DNA of 64,000 bases, taken from the NCBI GenBank assembly GCA_020137815.1, contig CM035360.1:2542001-2606000 (forward strand), given 5' to 3'. The DNA comes from Hormiphora californensis (lineage: Eukaryota > Animalia > Ctenophora). The notes beneath the pieces are model-generated. The model was not told the origin of the DNA. It was given only the letters and a program-made list of their open reading frames with translations, and searched no databases. Positions 19,972-31,685 of the stretch are shown here, piece by piece; position 1 is the first letter of the stretch, and each line of letters begins with the position of its first letter. The position numbers and the translations under genes were made by a program.

Positions 19972-22900
19972 TCAATCCGCCTTCTCGTTATCCTCCTCAT
20001 CACTCGATACTGATGGGGGGATTTGGAGTCAAGTCTATCCGCGTTCTTTGGGTTCGGTATAGTTGCTTTTAAACCAACAAAACATGCTACAAAAAACAGC
20101 TCCAACCCACTCAAAACACAGCCCTGTGTAAAACATGCTTACTTGAAACTCTCTAGTACTTGCAGGCTAAAGCAATACCTATCTTGGTGGATTTGTTATA
20201 CTGTTCACTGGTGCTCCTCCACCTTTTCCTCTTTTCAATGGGAAACTTTAGGTAGGAATCTAGCTGACCTGATATCATGGGAAGCACAGAGATTTAGCTA
20301 ATTAGAATAATAATAATAATAATAATAATAACTATGTTTATATTCCGCCCATATCCGACAGGGACAGAGCAGCGGAACTGCTACTGTCACTGAAGGATGA
20401 TCTGAACGGTTAATATACTGGTAAGACCTCGCAAACTTATCCCTAATAGAACAAAAAATAATAAAGAAAAAATACACCGGCTCACATTACTATCGGCTCA
20501 CATAACTATCGAGGTGACTGAAAACATAACAGACTGAGTTAGAGTCCTGGAACTCTAAAAATTGATGTAAAAGTCCGTAGATTAGAAACACAGAAAAACA
20601 CTCGTGCTATGAAAAACCCCAATATATGCTTCACACTTCTGCTCGCCACGAGCTATAATACAGAAAAACAATTAAAAACGGGTACCAGCCAGAGCACATA
20701 CCTCAGCAAGAAGGAGAGTGTTAAGAGGACAGTCCAGTCTCACCAAAAGCCTCAGTGAAAAGACTAGTCTTGAGCTTAGACTTGAAAGATTCCACAGACT
20801 CAACAGCTCTCAGATCAAGGGGAAGCCCATTCCAGACTTCAGGCAGGTAAACCGACGGACGTCTTCTTCTCAACTTGGAAGTCGCATTGACACTTGATAG
20901 CTTAGGGTACTTCAGCTTGAGGCCATCAGGCCAAGCATTTCCTCTAGTAGCCCGGATCACATGAAGTCCATCATCAACAGGGACCTGATCTTGCAGGTAG
21001 TCAGGGGCCAATCCATGTACAATCTTGTACGCCATGAGGCATGCTTTGAACGTAACTCGTTGTTCCACAGGAAGAACATGCAACTCTTTCAAGTATGGCA
21101 TGTAGGTGTCTTGGTGACCGTATAGGCCATAAACAAATCTGACACACGAGTTCAAGACTCTCTGAAGGCTGTTGAGAAGCTTCTTAGGTAAGCCATGGTA
21201 AAGGACATTACAATAATCCAATCTTGAAATGATGAGCTGCTTAACAAGGAGTATCTTGGTCGATTTATCCAGACATCGGTTTACTTGCCATAGATTCTTC
21301 AAAAGCAAACCACATTGTTTCTTAACACTGTTGATTTGTCTCTCCATTGAGAGGTTGCTATCAAGGAACACTCCTAATTAAGAATTATAATTACTAGGGC
21401 TAATTAGAATCATTTTACCTGTACTGATGCAGCCAGTATAGCGAGCTACCAAATACAAACCCTAGTTTATTGGTCATATATCCTACCTGATGCAGCTAGG
21501 ATGAGGCCCATATATGGTGGTGATGGTCGGAGGGGTCTGGTAGTATACTCCGGATGGAACTGAACCCCCACATAGTAGGGATGGCCATCTTTACCGGTCA
21601 GATCGAATGCCTTCATACGATGTCCGTCAACAGCAACAAAGCGCATCCCCGCATCTTCAAGTTGTTTAGTAAACTCTGGATTCACTTCGTATCTGGTAAG
21701 AAAGGTATGAAGGAGATGGTAATTGATATGGGGAGTAATATAATGCTTTCTATCTGGCAAGAAGTTAGAAAGATTTCTGGCGGCGCCAGATCCCAGTTTG
21801 ATTCTCGACTTTGTGCTCAGATGGGGTCAGCAGCGCCAGATAGTAGATAAAAGGGGGAGCTGGAGGGACAGGCTTTGAAAAGGAACAACAACCCATGGCG
21901 GATGGCCACTCCATGGGAACAATAATACCTGTTTCTAAAGCTATTATACCTGTGCCTGTGCCTCTCGTATGCAAACTCCTTATTCCCATATAGCTGCTTC
22001 AGCACGCTCTGACCCCCTTGGAAGTCAAAACGGCGAGATCCCAGTAACATTGTTCCACCCAGCTGACCCTGGTTGTGCTCTGGCATGTCAATAATCACAA
22101 CGTTTTCTGAAACGGGGACGGGGTTAGGAGAGATGATGAAGAAGGGTTGCCTTGTTCGACCATCTCTCTCTCTCTCTCCGGAGAAGGGTTAGAACATAAC
22201 ATGGAGATTGGAGAAAGGAAAAGAAATGTAACTTTGTTTTCTGAATTGTACCTGACTCAATGTTTTCCATTTCACCACTCTTAGCATCCTTGATCCCGCA
22301 GACGTGCCGAGCATACTCAATTACAGCAAGTTGGAATCCAAAACATACACCCAACATTGGAATCTGGCGGAGGGAGGTTGTTACTCAACAAGATTGAAGA
22401 TTGATGATCAGGGAGGGAGGATTAGGGATCTTGGAGGTAGAATGACAAACAGAAAAAAAGAAAGGAACCACTTCTATTACCTTCTTCTCTCGGCACCATT
22501 TTGCTGCAGCCATCTTTCCCTCCGTTCCCCGGTGACCGAACCCCCCGGGGATAATGACCCCGCTAGCGCTACACAACTTGTGCCACGCGGAATGGTATCG
22601 GGTTGGATCAACGTGCATTATCTCTTCCTGGGAAAGTGTTCATTCAAACATCCCTCAAACATACATTATTTAGTTAGGGTAGCGACTGGCTATTTGAAAC
22701 AGTTTTTCACTTTTTTCCCTTGCCTGCCCACAAATCAAGTCGAACCCAAATTCTTTTGACCTTGTGTTACCGAGACAGTCCCTGGGTAGTTTTTTGGGTG
22801 GTTGGAGATGTCTCATTTTGTCTTCCGGGGTCAGGGTCACGTGATATCTATCCAAATTTGGTGTTTCAATTTACCCGCCTCGGTCTGCTAATTTGAAACA

Positions 22901-25900
22901 CCCGTATCTCCCTCAATTTCTCCACGAAACCAAAATTTTTGACATTGAATAGTTAGAAAAGGGTTGTGCAGAGCCATTCCATGTCTGAAATCTGAATTTT
23001 GTTGAACGTGCTTGGTGCAATGACCTTTTCCAAAAACTGTTTCAAATTAGCAGGAAAACAGTTTTTGCCTCATATTCGGCCAACTTTTGGCGGAAATGAC
23101 TCAAATCATAGTTTATATCCTGCCTCATGCTCATATTGAACAACAAAAATTTCGACAATCCAATCGGAGAAAATTGTTTCAAATAGCCCTCCTCAGTGTT
23201 TCAAGTTACCAGACTCTCTTCACTGTGCTACAGCACACACACGACACCAATCAGAGAGCAAATAACGCGCATTTGTTTCAAATAACCAGAGCACGTGTTT
23301 CAAGTTAGCAGACACTGTTTCAAGTTAGCAGGCGTTTCAAATTGCCAGTCGCTACCCTATTTAGTTAGCACTATTATTTTGGATGAAAATACGACTCCAT
23401 AATACAGTAAGCTGACAACTATTTACTGGGATTGAGAGTTTATAGTAAGATCTATTTACCTCTAAGTCCTCACTCTCGACCATATCAATAGTTAGTTTTC
23501 TGTTGCAGTGAAGAGCAGCATGGTGAAGGGCTTTGTTAACACTAGCATACGCATCAGACAGCTTGGTATACTTGCCCACCAGACAGATTCTGATCTGAAA
23601 AGAAGAAATATAACCACTTTGATGACTTAATACCACCATCATGATTGGAGTGAAATCAGCAAAAACAGCTACTGGATCCCAAAAGAAAGAATAGTATTCA
23701 TCTGTCCAGCTCGCGATAGCCAGGTATTGATTTACTCACAGGATCCATGTTTTTATCGTACAAGTCGGCCAGTTCATACCACTTCCTCAACATCTTAGTT
23801 GGCTGCTCAGGTACGGGTAGTTTCAGTTGTTCCGAGATAAGGGCTATCATTGGCCGCAGCAGAATTGGAACTCTGTGGGTGAGTTGTATTGTTCGTTATC
23901 TTGATAATGGCAGAATAGGGCATGAAGCGTATCAAGTGCGAGGGTGAAGTTCATGACTGCCATCCGAGACTCGACAGTTAAAAAAGGGGGAGATAATATT
24001 GTTTAAAAGGGGGTATACAGGGTGTGAACTGCATGTCGTGTTTGCTAGTCGCGAGCGCGCTTGCGAGACAAGCAAACACGTCAAGGTTCATTAACAAGCA
24101 TGCTGCTCAGTCATTTTAGATTTAATACACAATGTAAGTATACCATGTAATAGGTGAGACTCTTGCCGTCACCCTCGTTCAAGTCCCGTGAAAAACGGAG
24201 CAGTACACGCAAACTGATGCCCATTTTCCTCGCGTGACCCCGATTCAGCAGTTTGAGACACCAACTCTTTAGGGGGCCATATCTCAGGAACCAGACAAGA
24301 TAGGAAAAATCGCCGTCTAACGAGGCGTACAGTTTTTAATCTAGTTTACCACTGTACCGGCCGTTTCACTCTCCGACCTAAAACAAAAATCGCAACCCCA
24401 CAAAACTTCAAAATAATGAAATTCGCATCTCGCATGTCGTGTTGCATGTCGTGTTGCATGTCGTGTCATGTTATTGACGCGCTCGCGTTCAACTCTCACA
24501 CAGCAGCTGCAGAACATGGCGGGAAACATCGAGGAGTAGAGAGAGGGTCGGTGCCGAATCAAATATTTCTTGATCTTGATCTACTCCATCTCTCAGCTAT
24601 CCTACCCCTCATCAACTCGATCTCTCAGCTACCCTACCCCTCATCTACTCCATCTTTCAGCTACCCTACCACTCATCTACTCCATCTTTCAGCTACCCTA
24701 CCCCTTATCTAGTCCATCTCTCAGCTACCCTACTCCTCATCTACTCCATCTCTCAGCTTCCCTATTAGGGAAGCATAGAGATGGAAACGATTAGGGTTAG
24801 GGAATCCCTATCCATAATCGTTTCCATCTCTATGCTTCCCTAGCCCTCATAAACTCCATCTTTCAGCTACCCTACCCCTAATCTAGTCCATCTCTCCGCT
24901 ACCCTACTCCTCATCTACTCCATCTCTCAGCTACCCTACCTCCCATTTACTCCATCTCTCAGCTACCCTACCTCCCATTTACTCCATCTCTCAGCTTCCC
25001 TACCTCCCATTTACTCCATCTCTCAGCTTACCTACCTCCCATTTACTCCATATCTCAGCTTCCCTACCTGCCATTTACTCCATCTCTCAGATACCCTACC
25101 TCCCATTTACTCCATCTCTCAGCTTACCTACCTCCCATTTACTCCATCTCTCAGCTTCCCTACCTCCTATTTACTCCATCCCTCAGCTTCCCTACCTCCC
25201 ATTTACTCTATCTCTCAGCTACCCTACCACCCATTTACTCCATCTCTCAGCTTTCCTACCTCCCATTTACTCCATCTCTCAGCTTCCCTACCTCCCATTT
25301 ACTCCATCTCTCAGCTTCCCTACCTCCCATTTACTCCATCTCTCAGGGGTAGGAATGTTAGGATAAATGAGAGATGGAGTAAATGGGAGGTAGGGAAGCT
25401 GAGAGATGGAGTAAATGGGAGGTAGGGAAGCTGAGAGAAGGAGTAAATGGGAGGTAGGGAAGCTGAGAGAAAGAGTAAATGGGAGGTAGGGAAGGTAAGC
25501 GATGGAGTAAATGGGAGGTAGGGAAGCTGAAAGATGGAGTAAATGGGAGGTAGGGAAGCTGAGAGATGGAGTAAATGGGAGGTAGGGTAGCTGAGAGATG
25601 GAGTAAATGGGAGGTAGGGAAGTTGAGAGATGGAGTAAATGGGAGGTAGGGAAGCTGAGGGATGGAGTAAATGGGAGGTAGGGAAGCTGAGAGATGGAGT
25701 AAATGGGAGGTAGGGAAGCTGAGGGATGGAGTAAATGGGAGGTAGGGAAGCTGAGAGATGGGAGTAAATGGGAGGTAGGGTAGCTGATAGATGGAGTGAA
25801 TGGGAGGTTGGGTAGCTGAGAGATGGAGTAAATGGGAGGTAGGGAAGCTGAGAGATGGAGTAAATGGGAGGTAGGGAAGCTGAGAGATGGAGTAAATGGG

Positions 25901-28900
25901 AGGTAGGTAAGCTGAGAGATGGAGTAAATGGGAGGTAGGGTATCTGAAAGATGGAGTAAATGGGAGGTAGGGAAGCTGAGATATGGAGTAAATGGGAGGT
26001 AGGGTAGCTGAGAGATGGAGTAAATGGGAGGTAGGGAAGCTGAGAGATGGAGTAAATGGGAGGTAGGGAAGCTGAGAGATGGAGTAAATGGGAGGTAGGG
26101 TAGCTGATAGATGGAGTGAATGGGAGGTTGGGTAGCTGAGAGATGGAGTAAATGGGAGGTAGGGAAGCTGAGAGATGGAGTAAATGGGAGGTAGGGAAGC
26201 TGAGAGATGGAGTAAATGGGAGGTAGGTAAGCTGAGAGATGGAGTAAATGGGAGGTAGGGTAGCTGAGAGATGGAGTAAATGGGAGGTAGGGTAGCTGAG
26301 AGATGGAGTAGATGAGGAGTAGGGTAGCGGAGAGATGGACTAGATTAGGGGTAGGGTAGCTGAAAGATGGAGTTTATGAGGGCTAGGGAAGCATAGAGAT
26401 GGAAACGATTATGGATAGGGATTCCCTACCCCTAATCGTTTCCATCTCTATGCTTCCCTAATAGGGAAGCTGAGAGATGGAGTAGATGAGGAGTAGGGTA
26501 GCTGAGAGATGGACTAGATAAGGGGTAGGGAAGCTGAGAGATGGAGTAAATGGGAGGTAGGGAAGCTGAGAGATGGAGTAAATGGGAGGTAGGTAAGCTG
26601 AGAGATGGAGTAAATGGGAGGTAGGGTAGCTGAGAGATGGAGTAAATGGGAGGTAGGGTAGCTGAGAGATGGAGTAGATGAGGAGTAGGGTAGCGGAGAG
26701 ATGGACTAGATTAGGGGTAGGGTAGCTGAAAGATGGAGTTTATGAGGGCTAGGGAAGCATAGAGATGGAAACGATTATGGATAGGGATTCCCTACCCCTA
26801 ATCGTTTCCATCTCTATGCTTCCCTAATAGGGAAGCTGAGAGATGGAGTAGATGAGGAGTAGGGTAGCTGAGAGATGGACTAGATAAGGGGTAGGGTAGC
26901 TGAAAGATGGAGTAGATGAGTGGTAGGGTAGCTGAAAGATGGAGTAGATGAGGGGTAGGGTAGCTGAGAGATCGAGTTGATGAGGGGTAGGATAGCTGAG
27001 AGATGGAGTAGATCAAGATCAAGAAATATTTGATTCGGCACCGACCCTCTCTCTACTCCTCGATGTTTCCCGCCATGTTCTGCAGCTGCTGTGTGAGAGT
27101 TGAACGCGAGCGCGTCAATAACATGACACGACATGCAACACGACATGCAACACGACATGCGAGATGCGAATTTCATTATTTTGAAGTTTTGTGGGGTTGC
27201 GATTTTTGTTTTAGGTCGGAGAGTGAAACGGCCGGTACAGTGGTAAACTAGATTAAAAACTGTACGCCTCGTTAGACGGCGATTTTTCCTATCTTGTCTG
27301 GTTCCTGAGATATGGCCCCCTAAAGAGTTGGTGTCTCAAACTGCTGAATCGGGGTCACGCGAGGAAAATGGGGGGGGGGGGGCGGCTGAAGTTTTTGAAG
27401 TTTTTGAAGTCAACTTCAAAAACTTCAAAGAGAAACTTAGGTTGGAAAACTTCAAAAACTTCAAAAACTTCAAAAACTCATATCTCCTTAACCGTTGGAG
27501 ATAGACCCTATGTTGCTTCATAACTCTTATATAAACTTGCATATTTCGAACAAGATACACCCCTTTAAAAAGCCTATAGTCACTCATAAACCATTAAAAC
27601 TGATCTAGCCCAAAAAAAGTCATGCGCACACACAAAATTATGAAAATATCCCATTATCCCTCGAATTAGATGAGGTGGAGACTTCATTTTGGCACGTACC
27701 CCCACTAACTCGAGGCCGCTGATGATTTTGGTGTCCATATTTTTTTCACTACTCCCTTCATAAAAAATTTGCGTTTTGTAAAACTTGCAAAAAGGGTGTG
27801 GCCCCAAAAAAAATTTTGAAAATTTACTTTATAATTTTTAAACACTTTCTTAGCATTTTCTAGGCAATTTTTTGAGTTATAGAATGAAAATAAAATCGGT
27901 TTTTACAAAAAAATTATATTTTTTACACCAAATTGTGCCATGGATTTCATGGCTAGGAATCATTGTAAATATCCTAATTTGTGGTAGAAAAAGGGCAGAC
28001 AAGGACGGATAACTTTGCCACAATATGTATCAAGTATGAAACTAACCTAAACAAGTGTAATAATAGTCATTGATAGCATATAAAAGTATTTTAGAGTTTT
28101 TGAAGTTTTTGAAGTCAACTTCAAAAACTTCAAAAACTCAAAAAGTAGGGTGGAAAACTTCAAACTTCAGCCGGCCCCCCCCCCCCCCCCCAGGAAAATG
28201 GGCATCAGTTTGCGTGTACTGCTCCGTTTTTCACGGGACTTGAACGAGGGTGACGGCAAGAGTCTCACCTATTACATGGTATACTTACATTGTGTATTAA
28301 ATCTAAAATGACTGAGCAGCATGCTTGTTAATGAACCTTGACGTGTTTGCTTGTCTCGCAAGCGCGCTCGCGACTAGCAAACACGACATGCAGTTCACAC
28401 CCTGGTATAATTGTGTTAAAATACTCACCGATACAGATTAGAAACATCATAAACGTTGATAACTTTTGAGTTTTTAACGTAACAAAACTTTTCAATTTTA
28501 TTCCGCACAGTCTCAGATATTGGTGACCTACTCCGGCAGGCAATGAAGTCGGGTGCCAATCCGCATCCCCTCAACTCTCTTATATTCTGGGAAAATACCG
28601 ATTCATTAATTGAATTGTTGATACAGTGTCAATACATTAGATAAAAAAAGACCAGTTATGACGAATCTTCATAATATTAATGAAATGATCCCTTAGCTTG
28701 CCCCCCTCCCCAACTCTGACACACACACCTGCTGAGTAGGTTTTGTTTTGTGTTCCCCTCCGTTAGTCTCAACCACCAAACTAACGTGCACCAAACAGAA
28801 GTTCTCACTACCACTCCGGAACTGTAGCTGTCGGAACGCCTCAACAAACTGCATACCTGTGAGGGAGAGAAGGGTCAGTTAGACAAGTCGGGAGGTGAGT

Positions 28901-30726
28901 CTCAACAGAACCAAGTCAGGTCTTGTGCAGTGGTTCTGTGAGGGTAGATCGCAGATCAAGTCCAGTCCTGCAGTTTTTTGAGGTGGCTTCATGTGCAAAT
29001 GTTCTCACGAGCCGCGCACAGTGCTTGGACAGTGGACTTTTCATGTAACAAACAACGCGCGCGTTTCGGTAACTCAGTTTTTAAGCTGCGACAGACTGGG
29101 GCATGAGTCTTGAAATTTTCAGCGGGACTAACTTCCAGCAAATGCTTCAGATAATTCCAGATAATTATGATTCATTATGCCAATTGCGCCCAGGAAGTGC
29201 AAAACAACTCTGAGTGTGTAGTGTGTAGAAAAACAAAGCCTCCTTTGTGAGTTGTTGCACTCAAGGAAGTGGAGCTAGGTCGCATCATTGGGAGATGTAG
29301 CCGACTAAAAAAATTATTTAGAGGATATTTAGTTATTATATTCACTGCCTTATATAATTCACTGTCGCATATAGAAGGGAAAAGGAAGTCAAGTTTAGTA
29401 CAGTGGGGAATGCCAGTATAATACCAACTCACCATCAGGGGAGGCCGGAGGATTTTATTAAACCGACTTACCCTGAGTGCTAGTATAACAGTAATTACTT
29501 ACCCTCAATATCACCAATAGTCCCACCAAGCTCAATCACACAGACATCGGGGGCACGTTGGTCGGGACTGACCGCCTGTTTGGACACCCTCTCCACCCAA
29601 TCTATAATGGCGTCCGTCACATGGGGCACCACTTGAACTGTTTTACCAAGATAGTCGCCCCGACGCTCCTTCGAAATCACCTGAACACAGAGAGTGGTTG
29701 TTGTTTTGAGTAGGGAGAGAAAGAAAGGGGCTGTGTCAAACGGGGTGTGGGGAGGGGTTGATATTGTTTCTTATGCCCCCACTTCAAACCCCTTCAGCTG
29801 CTTTATGGTTCAGCGTGAACAGAGGGGTTATTTTTGGGGAGAGAGGGTCGAACAACGCAAGAAAGGGAATTAATGTATGTGTCAAAAGAACGGAGTGTTG
29901 GGAGAAACACGGTAAGGGGAAACACGGTAAGAGAGAAGGATGGTGTTGGAATGCATTCTGAAACATGAGGTGAGATATTGATTGTATTGCTGAGTATTGA
30001 GATCGTCTCATGTAATTAAAAGCCGTGCTTGTGTTGTTATGTGTGTATGTTTGGTTTCGTTCAAAACCACACAAGCACGACTTATGTTTTGACCACGTAC
30101 GTTTTGGTATATTTTCCCCGTTGTGATATTGTTATCTTTTGTAAGGGTAACATCAAGGAACCTCTCGTAGTTCCCTAGATCTAGATCAACCTGGGAGAGG
30201 GGGAGAAGATATTAAACCAAGTTTCCCCCTTTCTAAGTTCCTTGACAGACGGACATGATGTACGGTGGATATGTCACGTTCCCCAACAAGCCAGCGGGCT
30301 TGGAGAATATCTAACACATACACCTCTCCCCCTCTTACCTCAGCCCCATCATCTAGCACATAAACTTCTCCGTGCTCATAAGGATTGAATGTTCCGGCAT
30401 CAATATTCAGGTACGGGTCTATCTTGATCGAAGTAACTTCCAAACCACTGCATTTCAACACCGTCCCTGAATAGAATGATAATATTACCAGATGTCACAG
30501 ATTTGAATTCCAGATCTTATTATTTTCCTGTTGAGTACCTACAACCTCAATCAACTATTGCATTGATCATGATAGGTCCCCATTGACAATCGTGACGTAT
30601 TATGAATCATGATACTCCATCCCAATTCCACTATATCTCCATTCTCCAGTAATTACCTATACTGGATGATATGATTCCCTTGCCGATGCCACTGATCACC
30701 CCACCGGTAACAAGAACGTACTTCAT
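19972..30726 (-). CDS. CTPS: CTP synthase, multi-exon
   Basis: Approximate exons: 30657-30726 ([17 protein letters not shown]), 30339-30466 ([13 protein letters not shown]), 30101-30190 ([12 protein letters not shown]), 29503-29680 (VQVVPHVTD...[10 protein letters not shown]), 28729-28856, 28428-28586, 23740-23873, 23460-23594 ([11 protein letters not shown]), 22481-22627 (PGGFG), 22251-22363 (LGVCFG, catalytic Cys), 21949-22107 (ERHRHR), 21487-21692 (VQFHPE), 20179-20268, 19972-20009 ([12 protein letters not shown]). The last intron is the least certain. Confidence 0.96.
20309..21398 (-). mobile_element. 5'-truncated non-LTR retrotransposon (L2/CR1/Crack-like 3' end) in a CTPS intron
   Basis: ORF 20721-21371 has the post-RT signature ([13 protein letters not shown]...LQRVLN...[13 protein letters not shown]...WNGLP...[10 protein letters not shown]). 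A 3' UTR and (TTA)n tail lie at ~20309-20331. A 12-bp direct repeat GCTAATTAGAAT flanks it at 20297-20308 and 21399-21410. Confidence 0.88.
22677..23357. mobile_element. MITE with ~25-bp TIRs in a CTPS intron (MULE- or hAT-like)
   Basis: GGGTAGCGACTGGC.ATTTGAAAC ... GTTTCAAATTGCCAGTCGCTACCC, flanked by the direct repeat TATTTAGTTA (10 bp; 8 bp if the ends are drawn one base wider). Confidence 0.75.
24580..27010. repeat. 32-bp satellite (CCATCTCTCAGCTWCCCTACCTCCCATTTACT) that switches strand at ~25350
   Basis: Dozens of tandem units: pyrimidine-rich on the + strand up to ~25345, then purine-rich (reverse complement) from ~25370. Confidence 0.92.
27371..28191. mobile_element. Mutator(MULE)-like MITE nested in the right arm of the foldback
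   Basis: Poly-G/poly-C ends with GGCTGAAGTTT / AAACTTCAGCC TIRs and internal (AAAAACTTC)n. 9-bp TSD AGGAAAATG at 27362-27370 and 28192-28200. The empty site is visible in the left arm (~24219-24235). Confidence 0.85.
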
Positions 30727-31685
30727 ACTACACCGGCAATAGGGATGAGCATTTACATATATTGTATCAATTTTAATTTAACATTTAAATGTCAATTTGG
30801 CATCAATTCAATGTATTAGGGCATCTAAATTAAGAAATGAGCCCAATTACTTGCAAATAAAGGAGTACAAGAAGGATTAAAGGGGGACACGACAAGTTGT
30901 GTGATATGATACCACAGGACATGATATGTGTACACACTGCTCTATGCACCACACTCACACACCAGTAGTAGTCTGTATATTGAGGGGGCTCCATTTGCTT
31001 GTTCAGTGAACTATGTTCAGTGTTGACCGTCTGTAAAGTAGGTTAGTCTAATCCGCACAAGATGAGTTGTATATTGGCAGTTTGCCCATAATGTACGTGA
31101 TCGACGAACGTGCATTGTGCACATTGTTAACGTTTTTATTGCAAGCCAATCATTGGCTATTTTAGTTTTTCAATTCTTCCTTTTCTTGCAGTACTCTCAG
31201 CACCGCCGCCTTTTGCTTGTATTTAGCTTGTATGTTTTGCAAGCATTATATGATGCACTATCAGTACACACGAATAGTCTCTAGTTTACTGCTCCAATCG
31301 TAGTCTATCCTCTTCAGTTTTGTATTTTACAGTTTGTATTTTGTAATGGCTATTGTGATCGACGTTCTGTCAGTTGGGGCTGCTAAAGACTCTGAAAGGA
31401 GAGTAAAAGAGTAAAACAGAGGGGAATGCAGAGGAAAAAAACAAACATTTTCAACCGGATATGGAAAACTTTTGTTGCCGTGCAGCCTTTGTTCCGGACC
31501 TCTGGAGTTACACACGTAACTACGTAGACTTCCAATGGAAGAAGGAGAAGTAGACTACCAACATCACACACGTTCCAACCCGCTGCTGTTATAGTCTGCC
31601 GTCCTCAAATAATCACCAACCCCAGGTATTGTTAGTCCGGCATATTTTTATAATCCTGCTAACCCTCCATTCCTACTGAATAGCA

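Larger units (their letters stand above)
24018..28404. mobile_element. ~4.4-kb foldback (palindromic) element with a satellite core, in a CTPS intron
   Basis: Ends CAGGGTGTGAACTGCATG.../...CATGCAGTTCACACCCTG, with GTATA on both flanks. The left arm 24018-~24840 is mirrored by 26750-27370 plus 28192-28404 (hence the mirror ORF pairs). No transposase ORF. Confidence 0.9.

Noticed and set aside
19972-19974. TGA as a selenocysteine codon
   Set aside because: I could not see a SECIS-like hairpin downstream, the position is in a disordered tail rather than a redox site, and the CUAG context explains it better. A SECISearch run would settle it.
19407-19975. Leu-rich ORF 19407..19925 and Cys-rich ORF 19793..19975
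   Set aside because: These are alternative frames of the 3n-periodic repeat. Only the VATGT frame is continuous with CTPS and ends in recognisable motifs.
24791-24802. TTAGGGTTAGGG as an interstitial telomere
   Set aside because: Only two units; the mirrored copies read TTAGGGGTAGGG, so it is a point variant of the satellite.
24341-27251. Mirror-image ORF pairs (24341/27030, 24416/26880, 24570/26798; also 40118/41830 and 33837/35123)
   Set aside because: By-products of palindromic elements, with no protein motifs and no transposase similarity.
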